From assembly GCA_965140415.1 (NCBI GenBank), contig OZ223209.1, positions 4,800,001-4,864,000 on the forward strand: 64,000 nucleotides of DNA. Direction: 5' to 3'. This document shows positions 1 to 9,717 of this stretch, in pieces. The translations under genes and the position numbers were made by a program. Source of the DNA: Myxococcota bacterium (lineage in GTDB: Bacteria > Myxococcota_A > SURF-8). Under the pieces are notes generated by a model. That model did not search any database and had not been told where the DNA came from. It saw only the letters and a program-made list of their open reading frames with translations. Positions within the stretch are counted from its first letter, which is position 1. Every line of letters starts with the position of its first letter.

Positions 1-1
1 A

Positions 2-385
2 CCGCTTAAAAAAAGCATGGTCTGCTTCACGGAGCTGGTTCCGCGTGATTCGCTGGCCGATCAAAAACTGTTCGCGGATCAACTGGAAAAGGAACTTGCC
101 GAAGCAGCTGGAACTCCGGGACTGCGCCCGGTCAATATCGATCCCGGACACATGTCCCCCGAGAAACTGGTGCTCGCCAGCGGAAAAAACTTCGCTCATC
201 GAATTTATCTTGGCAAGGGTATTTTTGCGGATCTGACGTTGACCTATCGGCAAAATCGCTTCGAAGCGCTCCCCTGGACCTATTCGGATTATATTGTCGG
301 TGCTGTTTTGGATTTCCTCGGTGAAACCAGAGAACAATTGATGCATCAGCTTCGCGACTTGCGACTGGACAAAGCCGCCAGTTGA
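2..385 (+). CDS. DUF4416 family protein (5'-truncated by window edge)
   Basis: Frame is open to the window start; motifs RPVNIDPG, LVLASGKNFAHRIYLGKGIFADLTL and LPWTYSDY match DUF4416. Confidence 0.8.
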   Translation, partial: PLKKSMVCFTELVPRDSLADQKLFADQLEKELAEAAGTPGLRPVNIDPGHMSPEKLVLASGKNFAHRIYLGKGIFADLTLTYRQNRFEALPWTYSDYIVGAVLDFLGETREQLMHQLRDLRLDKAAS

Positions 386-398
386 TCGTTACACCCTT

Positions 399-1277
399 TT
401 AGCCGTTTTCGCGCCAGGCACCTTCCTCTACAAACAACCGTAACGCCTCTTTCCAATGCGGCAGCCGGTCCAACCGGGCGGCTTGCAAACGTGCATTCTC
501 CAGCACCGAATACGGAGGACGTGCGGCAGGCGCATTGTAGTCGCGTGTGGTCGTTGGAGAAAGATCGGCCTGAAGTCCCGTAAGCTCAAACAATGTCTTG
601 GTAAATTCATACCAGCTGCATTGTCCCTGGCAGGTAGCGTGAACGACTCCTCGTAGCGAATGATCCAGCAGATCCAGCGCAGTCTCGGCCACACTGCGCG
701 CCCAACTTGGTGTGCAGATCTGATCGTCGACCACACGAATCGCTTTTCCAGACTTCGCCAGCGCCAGCATAGTTTGCACGAAATTACGTCCCCCACCCGC
801 AGGAGAAAAGGAACTGTACAACCCACAGGTGCGCAGCACGACAGCATTAGGCGCATAAGCCAGCGCCATGCGCTCTCCTGCCAATTTGCTTACAGCATAG
901 ACCGAACGCGGCAGGGGAAGATCACTTTCCGTAAACGGCTGCTCCCGGTCTTCTTCGTGCATAACGTAATCGGTAGAGAAATGAATCAGGCGAGCGTTGA
1001 ACGTGTTGCACTGCCTGGCCACGTTCATCGCGCCGAGTACATTGGTTTGAAGCGTCTGCTCGGGTTCCGACTCGCAACGGTCGACTTGATGAAAAGCCGC
1101 CAGGTTGATCACCGCCTGGGAATTGTAACGCTTGAATACACGCTCCAGCGTTTCCGGGCTGGTTACATCCACCTGCGGACGCTGTAAGGGGATCACTTCC
1201 ACCTTCGCCCGATCCTGAACCAGGCGCAGAATCTCCTGGCCGGTCTGGCTGCTGGCACCGATAAGTAATACACGCAT
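399..1277 (-). CDS. rfbD: dTDP-4-dehydrorhamnose reductase
   Basis: MRVLLIGASSQTG Rossmann start, INLAAFHQVDRCE, HFSTDYV, YAVSK (YxxxK), VVDDQICTPS, APAARPPYSVL. Start placed at ATG 1277 rather than the longer ORF start, which overlaps the upstream gene. Confidence 0.9.
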   Translation of the reverse strand: MRVLLIGASSQTGQEILRLVQDRAKVEVIPLQRPQVDVTSPETLERVFKRYNSQAVINLAAFHQVDRCESEPEQTLQTNVLGAMNVARQCNTFNARLIHFSTDYVMHEEDREQPFTESDLPLPRSVYAVSKLAGERMALAYAPNAVVLRTCGLYSSFSPAGGGRNFVQTMLALAKSGKAIRVVDDQICTPSWARSVAETALDLLDHSLRGVVHATCQGQCSWYEFTKTLFELTGLQADLSPTTTRDYNAPAARPPYSVLENARLQAARLDRLPHWKEALRLFVEEGAWRENG

Positions 1278-1311
1278 GGCTAGCGTTGTTTTCGTTTCAA
1301 GTTCGTGACGA

Positions 1312-2361
1312 TTATTGTTCGGCTGTCTCGACCACCTTGTCGGCTTCGTCCATGGCTTCGGCAGCCTGCCAATCCAAGGGTTGTTCACCGAAGGTTCCCA
1401 ATGTCAGGCCGAAAATCATCGCGAAACCGTTGATGAAACGCTTACTGCTGAAAGGCTCGGCAAACAGGTAGCTGACATTGACTTCGAACGCGAGGAACTT
1501 GCAAATTTTGGCAGTCAGTCCCACCATCGGCTGTAACGCCAGGAACATGATGTCTTCATTGTAGCTCTGGGAAACGGCATCGACTGCCGGCATGTCGATG
1601 GGAGTCAGTTTGGATTTGAACCAGCCTTTTCCCGCACCGAGCAACAAGCCGATGGGGAACTCGACAACGCCACCGGAATTCAACACGTATTCCGCCGTGA
1701 TGCCGCCATACAATCCGCTCACGCTTCGCTCGGTGGACGCACTATAGAAAGCGTGGTTCAATTTCTGATCTTTACCGTTGGAGGTAAATCCACCGGCACT
1801 GAAACCACCGATACGCCATTCGTTTTCATCTCCAAGATGCATGTACATGCGCATCCCCATCCAGTAGCTGGGAGCATCGAAATCGCCGTATTTCGTATCA
1901 TGATCGTTCATCAACAACATGAAGAAGGGACCGCCCCCGTATTGGGCATGGCGACAGGTGCAGGCTTTGCCGCATTTCTCTGCGCACTCGGCGCTAACCG
2001 GAGTTTTCATCGCAGGCTCTTGTACTGAAACGGCTTTTTCCACCGGAACAGCTTCTTCTGCTGGAGCGGCTTCTTCCACCGGGGCGGCTTCTTCCACCGG
2101 AGCGGCTTCTTCCACTGGGGCGGCTTCTTCCACTGGGGCGGCTTCTTCCACTGGGGCAGCTTCTTCCACAGGAGCAGCTTCTTCCACAGGAGCAGCTTCC
2201 TCAGCTGGAGCTGCTTCTTCCGCTGGGGCGGCTTCAACTGCCGGGGCTGTTTCTACAGCGGGCTGAACATTGGTCGATTCGGTGTCGGCGTTCTGTTGCG
2301 CATAAGCGGTCATCGAGAAACTGAAAACCAAAACGGCCATTAGCCAAGTGATACGCTGCAT
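1312..2361 (-). CDS. Exported protein: signal peptide, EEAAPV repeat tether, Cys cluster, probable small outer-membrane beta-barrel
   Basis: N-terminal signal peptide ending AYA; repeat region; CAEKCGKACTC; C-terminal half with alternating Gly/aromatic beta-strands. Confidence 0.6.
   Translation of the reverse strand: MQRITWLMAVLVFSFSMTAYAQQNADTESTNVQPAVETAPAVEAAPAEEAAPAEEAAPVEEAAPVEEAAPVEEAAPVEEAAPVEEAAPVEEAAPVEEAAPAEEAVPVEKAVSVQEPAMKTPVSAECAEKCGKACTCRHAQYGGGPFFMLLMNDHDTKYGDFDAPSYWMGMRMYMHLGDENEWRIGGFSAGGFTSNGKDQKLNHAFYSASTERSVSGLYGGITAEYVLNSGGVVEFPIGLLLGAGKGWFKSKLTPIDMPAVDAVSQSYNEDIMFLALQPMVGLTAKICKFLAFEVNVSYLFAEPFSSKRFINGFAMIFGLTLGTFGEQPLDWQAAEAMDEADKVVETAEQ
2035..2245 (-). repeat. 18-bp coding tandem repeat (EEAAPV/EEAAPA), about 11 units
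   Basis: Repeating ggggcggcttcttccac-type units on the + strand; 7 exact EEAAPV units plus variants. Confidence 0.9.
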
Positions 2362-2471
2362 CCTGTCCTCCTGCTATGCATTGGGGGCAATTTCCATGTC
2401 AATTTTGATAAGCTTAACAAACCAGCGGCAACAGGGCAATAAATATCCGTTCTCACCCTGTTCCCTATATT

Positions 2472-3299
2472 TTACACCCAGCTATTTGTCATCACTTCGC
2501 CGATTCCACCGCCACCGGGAACGATGTAGTGGATATCGGTCAAGCCACGCTCTTCATCCCAGCGCGTACCCGGTTTCGTGGCCAGCACTTCCGGCGAGGA
2601 AAGCCCTCGATCCAGGCGAATGGCATAAATAATCACTTCCGGGTTATTGGCTTGCAGGTTCTTGATGTACTCGGGAGTCACGATCAGGTGCATGGCGATG
2701 GTTTTCTTAGGCGTTCCAACCTTTTCGTTGCGATAGGTATCCAAGGTCTGGATGAAAGACGAACCCGTCGCGCCCATCGGATCGGGCAGCAGCAGAATGT
2801 GATCGTTCAAAGTACCACCGATTTTGGAACTGGCGACATTGGCCCCGGTCACTTTCTGGTTTTCATCCACGGCGCGGGAAACGAAGAAGTAATCCAGCCG
2901 CACTCCCAGCGGATTCATCAATAAATTCAAGCGGTCGTATACAATCTGCGAAGGCAGGATGCCGGCTCGCGCGACCGCTCCCACTGCAACTTTGGTTTCC
3001 GGGTCCAGCACTTCCCCCTGATAGTAACCGCGTTCGTTTTGCTCGATCATACGACTATCCATGCGGCAGACTTTACGGGGAAACTCCGAATTGATGACCA
3101 ACTTCACCAAGTCGATGTACAACTCGGTAAAAATGCGGTTGGCTTCTGGTTGGATGGTGTTTTTCGCGCAAACCTTGGCAAGCAACGTCATCATGACGGG
3201 TGAGGAGAGAATGTGTACATTCTCACCGTACGCATGATCGATCTCGGAATGTACGAAAGGAAGTTGAGCATATTGAACATCGGCAGTCGTTTCCATCAT
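2472..3299 (-). CDS. upp: Uracil phosphoribosyltransferase-like protein (divergent)
   Basis: VARAG, PRPP-binding LPDPMGATGSS, YIVPG near the C-terminus. Confidence 0.7.
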   Translation of the reverse strand: MMETTADVQYAQLPFVHSEIDHAYGENVHILSSPVMMTLLAKVCAKNTIQPEANRIFTELYIDLVKLVINSEFPRKVCRMDSRMIEQNERGYYQGEVLDPETKVAVGAVARAGILPSQIVYDRLNLLMNPLGVRLDYFFVSRAVDENQKVTGANVASSKIGGTLNDHILLLPDPMGATGSSFIQTLDTYRNEKVGTPKKTIAMHLIVTPEYIKNLQANNPEVIIYAIRLDRGLSSPEVLATKPGTRWDEERGLTDIHYIVPGGGGIGEVMTNSWV

Positions 3300-3585
3300 C
3301 GCCTCCTGTCGGGTACGAACCCCGTATTCGTTTTATTGTCGGTTACTTTCATTTCATAGCGAATGCCAAGTTCTAGCGATTGTATCCCCCTTATTCAAAT
3401 TTGTCTAACGATTCGAGTAGGGTTTCCTTGCTCATTAATATTTTTCCTCCAAATTTTGGAATGTCGAAGATTGTTTATCGCTCTACAAAAACGATTCGCA
3501 CCGCTTAAAGCGGCCAAAAAGAGAACGAGAGTAACCGTCAGATAACGACGAGATGTAAAAAACCATTCCTCCAAAGGAGAACATC

Positions 3586-4179
3586 ATGAAACACTATGTA
3601 TTTATTCCAGTATTTCTTTTACTGTTCGTTGCTTCCGCCCATGCGGAAACCACATCCTGGCTTCTGGATAAAGCCCATACTGAAATCGGATTCAGCGTCA
3701 AACACTTGGGCGTTTCCAAAGTAAAGGGTGAATTCAGGGAATTCAACGCGACGGTAACAGCAGACAAATCGACGGGGAAACTGAGTTCCATCGATGCAAC
3801 CGTTTATGTGCAATCCATCGACACCGGCATCGAAAAGCGGGACGCCCACTTGAAAGCCGATGATTTCTTCTCGCAAGAAAAGTATCCGAAAATGACGTTA
3901 AAATCAGAAAAAATCACTTTCAATAAAGACAAAGTCGTGATCGAGGCATTACTAACCATTCGGGATAAAACGAAAAAAGTTACGTTTACCGGTGAATATT
4001 ACGGTGTAAACAAGGCGAATATGGGAGCGGGTGAGCAGTTGCATTCCGGCTACAGCCTGAGCACCACCATCAACCGGCAGGACTTTGGTTTGAAATTCGC
4101 TGCCTTGGCAGAGGGCGTCTCGGTGGTCTCCGATGACGTGGTCATCACCATCGACGCGGAAATTATTCGTAAGCTGTAG
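3586..4179 (+). CDS. yceI: YceI family periplasmic polyisoprenoid-binding protein
   Basis: Signal peptide; W.LDKAHTEIGFSVKHLG, SIDTG..KRDAHLK..DFF, INRQDFGL. Confidence 0.92.
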   Translation: MKHYVFIPVFLLLFVASAHAETTSWLLDKAHTEIGFSVKHLGVSKVKGEFREFNATVTADKSTGKLSSIDATVYVQSIDTGIEKRDAHLKADDFFSQEKYPKMTLKSEKITFNKDKVVIEALLTIRDKTKKVTFTGEYYGVNKANMGAGEQLHSGYSLSTTINRQDFGLKFAALAEGVSVVSDDVVITIDAEIIRKL

Positions 4180-4209
4180 CAACTTCAAATATTGACAGTG
4201 ACTGCCTAT

Positions 4210-4256
4210 AAGCGACACAACCGAGTTTTTTCGGTTGCGTCGCTTTTATTTTTTCT
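4210..4256 (+). terminator. Rho-independent terminator after yceI
   Basis: aagcgacacaaccga / tcggttgcgtcgctt stem followed by a T-rich run. Confidence 0.8.
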
Positions 4257-4428
4257 AATTTCGACTACAAATGTTTTCTTTTCTGAAAAGAAATTACCAG
4301 ATTTACCTTTCATCTGAATCAAAGTAATGGTAGGGTCCCGGCATGCAGTAAACCAAAAGCAGTACAATCTGGGAATGTTTTATTCCCGACGAATGTTAAC
4401 GCAGTATTTAGATCTGGGTCAACCTTAA

Positions 4429-6138
4429 ATGGAGCGCGTTACACTTGTACAGCAGGGATACTCGAGTGATGATCTCAATTGCTTAGCCAACAGAACATTA
4501 CTATCCTATTTAATAAACCGCCTACCGGAAAACCAATACCGCATCTCCATTCTGGACGTGAACGAACCGGAGAGCCTGCAAACCAAAGCAGAGCAGGTTT
4601 TGGAGCAGGAACCCGATATCATCGGAGTATCCTGCTACATCTGGAACTATTCAGAAATGCTGAAACTATGCGGCATCATCAAGGTGCTAGACCCACATGT
4701 TGTGGTTGTGGCTGGTGGTCCAATGATGATGTTCGATGAAGCAGATATCAACGACTTGTTTGAAACCTATCCCTTTCTGGATTTCATTATTCAAGGGGAA
4801 GGCGAAGTAGCGCTTGAAAATCTGATTAAAACCCCCCCTGACCAACGCATCAACTTAGGAAAAGTAATTCAGGGGATTCCATTACAGGATATGGATCTGA
4901 TCGGTGGTCCCTTGTTCGAACAATTCCCTATGGAATCCAAGATTGGGATGGTTCTTCTTGAAACGCGTCGCGGTTGTTTATGGAAATGCAGCTTCTGCAC
5001 CTATTTCCTGGAAAGAGGCAAAATTCGAGAAAAATCAGATGAGTTGGTATACAAGGAATTGGCCTGGGCTCAAAAGTTCGGTTACCACCGCATCTGGCAT
5101 TTAGGAGCGATTTTCAACGAAAATACGGAGAAACTGCGTCGACGCGTCGAATTGATGGAACGTGCGGGAGTTGCAAAAACTATCGAGCATTACGTCATGA
5201 TCGACCACCGACTTATAAAAGAAGAACAGATCGAATTCATTAAACGCGTCAATGTCGACTGTTCGATTGGCTTACAAAGCAGTAATCTAGATTTGATGAA
5301 TCAGATGAATCGTCCTACAAATCTGAAAAAATTCGAGCAAACGATAACGTGGTTCCAAGAAGCAGAAATCCCATTTAGCGTGGATTTGCTCCTGGGACTT
5401 CCTGGGGATACGGTTGACAGCTTTAAATCCTCCGTCAAATACCTGATGGATTTAGGTGCTAAAACAAATGTAAATATTTTCCGCGTACTACCTGGGTCGG
5501 AACTGTATTACAACCGCAACGCGCTGAAAATGGAATATTCTCTGGAGGATTACCTTATTCAACGGCACCACTCCATGGATAAGAAGGATCTCTGGGAAGC
5601 CATTGATTTCTTACTGGACAAAAACCCGGATTCGTTGAAATTCGAATTAGGTGTGTACGATAGAGAAGGATCGGAAGAAATTCACATAACCGATGTTGTA
5701 CGTGCCTTTCAATTGGAATCATACGTTGAAAACCTATTGCAGAAAAACAAACCAGACCGGTCTGAAAATTTCAAACCGGCCTCTTCCATTAAAAAACCCA
5801 TTCAACCATCAGTAACGACAAAACAGGAAGCCAAAACCCTGGTTCTGTTTGCCAAGCAATTGATGAAACAGGTCACGACCTCGAAGATTTTAGAAAGTCA
5901 CATCGAGTTCTGGGGTGAAAACCCGGTTGTAGCAGCAAAGGTTCAACTCAACACAGGGGAAACCTTTACCCTGGCGCTGGCTTCGAAAGAAACTGAAACC
6001 AACGCTCTAATCGAAACCGACCATTTCAAAATCCTGTTGAAAGAGGGCGTCATCAACAGGATGTCCCCCAACATCGACCTGTTCATGAAAAACCTGCGCC
6101 GCAAATGTGACAGCTGCGAGCAGGAGTTCTTTGGCTGA
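4429..6138 (+). CDS. B12-binding domain / radical SAM protein with C-terminal extension
   Basis: PDIIGVSCYIWN...VVAGGP (cobalamin-binding domain), QGEGE, ETRRGCLWKCSFC (CxxxCxxC), IGLQS, DLLLGLPGDT. Confidence 0.85.
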   Translation: MERVTLVQQGYSSDDLNCLANRTLLSYLINRLPENQYRISILDVNEPESLQTKAEQVLEQEPDIIGVSCYIWNYSEMLKLCGIIKVLDPHVVVVAGGPMMMFDEADINDLFETYPFLDFIIQGEGEVALENLIKTPPDQRINLGKVIQGIPLQDMDLIGGPLFEQFPMESKIGMVLLETRRGCLWKCSFCTYFLERGKIREKSDELVYKELAWAQKFGYHRIWHLGAIFNENTEKLRRRVELMERAGVAKTIEHYVMIDHRLIKEEQIEFIKRVNVDCSIGLQSSNLDLMNQMNRPTNLKKFEQTITWFQEAEIPFSVDLLLGLPGDTVDSFKSSVKYLMDLGAKTNVNIFRVLPGSELYYNRNALKMEYSLEDYLIQRHHSMDKKDLWEAIDFLLDKNPDSLKFELGVYDREGSEEIHITDVVRAFQLESYVENLLQKNKPDRSENFKPASSIKKPIQPSVTTKQEAKTLVLFAKQLMKQVTTSKILESHIEFWGENPVVAAKVQLNTGETFTLALASKETETNALIETDHFKILLKEGVINRMSPNIDLFMKNLRRKCDSCEQEFFG

Positions 6139-6179
6139 TCCGCTCCAGTCTTTAAAATGACCGGTCAGTCCCACCAGAT

Positions 6180-7997
6180 CTACACACGACGTGCCGTGGC
6201 TTGTGGTTCCTTTTTCCGGTTTTCAATTGCAGTGACCGCACGATCCGCCAGATCGACATCGATCTCACAACGAGTCGCGTTTTCACCCAACTCGATTTTG
6301 CCCACGGCGCCGCGCTTGATTCCCGCTGTTTGGCAAACAAAAGCAACAGCATCTTTGGGGTGTTTTATTCCCTGTTCAGTGCCCAGAGAAAACACGATCC
6401 AGCTTTTCGGCTTGGGTTCGCGCGGTTCGGATTTACGCGCAGAAGAGGATATGCTTTCCTTCGGCTTGCGAGTACGCGGCTTGCGATCCGATTGACTGCG
6501 TTGCTGGGAGCGACCGCCACGCCCACGAGACGCACTCTGCTGACGCTCCAGTTTTTCCTTGATGTCTTTCTTTCCCAGCAGCATCGGTCGCACGAAAAGA
6601 CGATCTTTAACTTCCGGCTGGTCAGGATCGTAGCCCTGCGCAAAATCCCAACCATGCTGGCGCAGCAGGGTCAACAAACCGGCTACGGCAGGATAGGCAT
6701 CCATCGATTCCAGGATATCGTCGGCGTAGACCGAGAGATCATCCGGGTACTCTTCGGTTTCCATCGCCTTAAGGCGCTCCAGGAAGTACTTTTTAACGTT
6801 GACATCCACTTCTTTTTTTGTCGGTACCGGTCGTTCTTCGAACGGCATCCCCAATTTCTTTTTAAGCGTGCCGATGGCCAGCAAATCCGCAGGGGACACC
6901 AGTGAAATCGCAACACCCGTGCGTCCGGCGCGCCCGGTACGTCCGGTGCGATGCAGATACAATTCCTGGTTTTCCGGCAGGTCGTAGTTGATGACATGCG
7001 ACACTCCGAAAATATCGATGCCACGCGCGGCAACGTCCGTCGCCACCAGGATGTCGATCATCCCCCCTTTGAACATGTCGAGTGTGCGCGTGCGCACCGA
7101 CTGAGACAAATCGCCGGAGAGGAAACCGACGGCAAAACCTTCCTGGTTCAAATATTCCGCCACGTTTTCGACTTCGATCTTCTGGTTGCAGAAAACCAAC
7201 ACCTTGGTGCGCGGAATACTGTGCAGTACATTGACCAGACAGGCAAATTTGTACAAGGTTTGTACGCGGTAGTACACGTGCTTGATGTCGTAATTAATCG
7301 ATAATCCCGCTTTTCCGATGGTCATGGTTTCCGGCTCGTTTAAATGCCGCATAGCCAGACCACGAATGGCGTTAGGTAAAGTTGCACTGAAAAGCATGGT
7401 CTGCTTCTTTTTAGAAGTCTGCTCCAAAATGCGCGTCACATCGGGCAAAAAACCACGATCCAGCATTTCGTCCGCTTCATCTAAAACAACCATCCAGGCG
7501 CGGTCCAGTTTCAAGACACCACGATTGATCAGATCGAGAATGCGTCCAGGCGTTCCCACGACCAGCTTGGCTCCGGCTTGGATGCGGTCGATTTGCGCCC
7601 GGATGCTGGCGCCGCCATAAATCGGAACGACCGTTTTATTGCCCAGTTCACCCGCACGGGTGATCTCCTCGGCAACTTGCACCGCCAGTTCACGAGTAGG
7701 GCTAAGCACCAAAGCTTGAATCTCATTCTTGGTTTCGTCCAGGCGTTCCAGAATCGGCAACCCGAATGCCAGGGTTTTTCCCGATCCCGTTTTCGCCTGC
7801 ACCATCAGATCCACACCGGCCTGTACGCGCGGAATGGCCTTGACTTGCACTTCGGTCGGATGCGCAAAGCCCATACGCGCCACCGCTTCGCGACTGGTTG
7901 GGCTAAGCTCCAAGTCGTCCCAACTAAGATCTTCCATGGAAATATCGCCGTGATTCTCCGAAGAATCGCCGGAAACGGATCCGTTGTCGTTCGTCAT
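6180..7997 (-). CDS. deaD: DEAD-box RNA helicase (DeaD/CsdA-like, C-terminal DbpA-type RNA-binding domain)
   Basis: AKTGSGKT, PTRELA, GTPGR, LDEAD, SAT, ARGID, HRTGRTGRAG; C-terminal 'GIKRGAVGKIEL' DbpA-like domain. Confidence 0.9.
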   Translation of the reverse strand: MTNDNGSVSGDSSENHGDISMEDLSWDDLELSPTSREAVARMGFAHPTEVQVKAIPRVQAGVDLMVQAKTGSGKTLAFGLPILERLDETKNEIQALVLSPTRELAVQVAEEITRAGELGNKTVVPIYGGASIRAQIDRIQAGAKLVVGTPGRILDLINRGVLKLDRAWMVVLDEADEMLDRGFLPDVTRILEQTSKKKQTMLFSATLPNAIRGLAMRHLNEPETMTIGKAGLSINYDIKHVYYRVQTLYKFACLVNVLHSIPRTKVLVFCNQKIEVENVAEYLNQEGFAVGFLSGDLSQSVRTRTLDMFKGGMIDILVATDVAARGIDIFGVSHVINYDLPENQELYLHRTGRTGRAGRTGVAISLVSPADLLAIGTLKKKLGMPFEERPVPTKKEVDVNVKKYFLERLKAMETEEYPDDLSVYADDILESMDAYPAVAGLLTLLRQHGWDFAQGYDPDQPEVKDRLFVRPMLLGKKDIKEKLERQQSASRGRGGRSQQRSQSDRKPRTRKPKESISSSARKSEPREPKPKSWIVFSLGTEQGIKHPKDAVAFVCQTAGIKRGAVGKIELGENATRCEIDVDLADRAVTAIENRKKEPQATARRV

Positions 7998-8043
7998 GAT
8001 AGGTTCGTCCTTTCAGGTGGCAGACGAACGAAAGGGACGGCGT

Positions 8044-8637
8044 TTATCGGCTGGTTTCCACGAGGTTGAGGAAATAGCGATGTAAGCGGTCATCATTCGT
8101 CAGCTCAGGGTGAAAACTCGTGGCCATAAACTGTTTATAGCGCACGAATACCGCCTCTCCGTTCACTTCGGCCAACACCTCGATATTTTGGTTTTCGGGC
8201 TTCAACAGCGGCGCACGAATGAACACCGCCGTATATGCCTGTTCAAAACCAAGGATCGGAATGTCGGCCTCGAAGCTTTCACGCTGGCGGCCAAAAGCGT
8301 TGCGAACGGCGGTCATGGGCAGCAGCTTCAACAGCGGCTGGTCCATCTCGCGCCCTCGCTCGGTCACGTGCTGCGCAAGCAGAATCGCTCCCGCACACGT
8401 TCCCCAAATCGGCAGCCCATCTTCCCCAAGCTGCCGAACCGGTTCCAATAGTTTCCATTCCACCAGCAACTTACCGATTGTCGTCGATTCGCCGCCGGGG
8501 ATAATCAACCCGGAGATGCCCTCCAGGTGTTCAGGTAGCCGGATTTCCCGGCTTTCAACGCCCAATGCGCTCAGCATGTTGCGATGTTCGCGAAACGCGC
8601 CTTGCAGGGCTAAAACTCCAATTGTCAACGACATCAC
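8044..8637 (-). CDS. pdxT: PLP synthase glutaminase subunit
   Basis: GVLALQGAF.EH, PGGESTT, GTCAG, FIRAP, FHPEL. Confidence 0.97.
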   Translation of the reverse strand: MMSLTIGVLALQGAFREHRNMLSALGVESREIRLPEHLEGISGLIIPGGESTTIGKLLVEWKLLEPVRQLGEDGLPIWGTCAGAILLAQHVTERGREMDQPLLKLLPMTAVRNAFGRQRESFEADIPILGFEQAYTAVFIRAPLLKPENQNIEVLAEVNGEAVFVRYKQFMATSFHPELTNDDRLHRYFLNLVETSR

Positions 8638-8654
8638 CCGCTCACAATGAGAAA

Positions 8655-8677
8655 GTCGGGGACGCAGTGTCCCCGAC
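8655..8677. terminator. Stem-loop between pdxS and pdxT
   Basis: gtcggggac-gcagt-gtccccgac perfect 9-bp stem; short T run on the - strand (tttc). Confidence 0.5.
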
Positions 8678-8716
8678 GAACTTTGCTTGAAACATCTACA
8701 GCAAAAACAGTGTCTG

Positions 8717-9604
8717 TTACCAGCCGCGATTGGCGATCTGGTCTTTTTCGTCCAGGCTGCTTACATTGATGCCGACCATGGCTTCGCCCAGGTTCTTGCT
8801 GACTTCGGCAATGATCTTGGGATCGTTGTAATGCGTTACCGCCTGAACGATGGCTTTGGCGCGCTGAGCCGGATTACCCGATTTGAAGATGCCGGAACCG
8901 ACGAACACGCCGTCCAGGCCCAGCTGCATCATCATGGCCGCATCTGCCGGAGTGGCGATACCGCCTGCCGCGAAATTGACTACCGGCAGTTTGCCGTTTT
9001 CATGAACCCAGCGCACCAACTCGTAAGGAGCGCCCATGTTCTTGGCTTCACTCATCAATTCTTCTTCAGGCATCGCCTTCAAGCGTTTGATGCCGCCCAG
9101 CACCGCGCGTGCGTGGCGCACAGCCTCGACGACGTCGCCGGTGCCCGCTTCACCCTTGGTGCGAATCATGGCCGCACCTTCGGAAATGCGACGCAATGCT
9201 TCGGCCAATACACGACAACCGCAAACGAAGGGAATCTTGTAATTCCACTTGTTGATGTGATGTTCTTCATCCGCCGGAGTCAGAACTTCCGATTCGTCGA
9301 TATAATCGATTCCCAGCGATTCGAGCACTTGCGCTTCCACGAAATGACCGATGCGCGCTTTAGCCATAACCGGAATACTGACCGACTTCATGATTTCTTC
9401 GATGATCGTCGGATCGGACATGCGCGCTACACCGCCCTGTACACGAATATCCGCCGGAACGCGTTCCAGCGCCATAACGGCTACCGCACCGGCTTCCTCG
9501 GCAATCTTCGCCTGCTCCGAATTGGTGACATCCATAATGACGCCGCCCTTGAGCATTTCCGCATGACCTGTCTTCACTCGCAGAGTGCCTTCGTATTTTT
9601 CCAT
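8717..9604 (-). CDS. pdxS: PLP synthase lyase subunit
   Basis: [53 protein letters not shown]. Confidence 0.98.
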   Translation of the reverse strand: MEKYEGTLRVKTGHAEMLKGGVIMDVTNSEQAKIAEEAGAVAVMALERVPADIRVQGGVARMSDPTIIEEIMKSVSIPVMAKARIGHFVEAQVLESLGIDYIDESEVLTPADEEHHINKWNYKIPFVCGCRVLAEALRRISEGAAMIRTKGEAGTGDVVEAVRHARAVLGGIKRLKAMPEEELMSEAKNMGAPYELVRWVHENGKLPVVNFAAGGIATPADAAMMMQLGLDGVFVGSGIFKSGNPAQRAKAIVQAVTHYNDPKIIAEVSKNLGEAMVGINVSSLDEKDQIANRGW

Positions 9605-9655
9605 CGCTTCCTACTCCAATCAAGAAATGCGTGATTAAAACCGTAACCGGGCGGC

Positions 9656-9684
9656 ATTATAAGGACCAAGGAGGCTGCTGTCAA
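9656..9684 (-). promoter_or_regulatory. Consensus sigma70 promoter for pdxS-pdxT
   Basis: Minus strand TTGACA-17 nt-TATAAT, exact consensus. Confidence 0.85.
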
Positions 9685-9717
9685 CACCCAACTCTACCTT
9701 GATTACACCGTTTTTTC

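Noticed and set aside
2035-2245. 18-bp tandem repeat as a possible CRISPR array
   Set aside because: No unique spacers; the units are in-frame codons of a signal-peptide protein; no cas genes.
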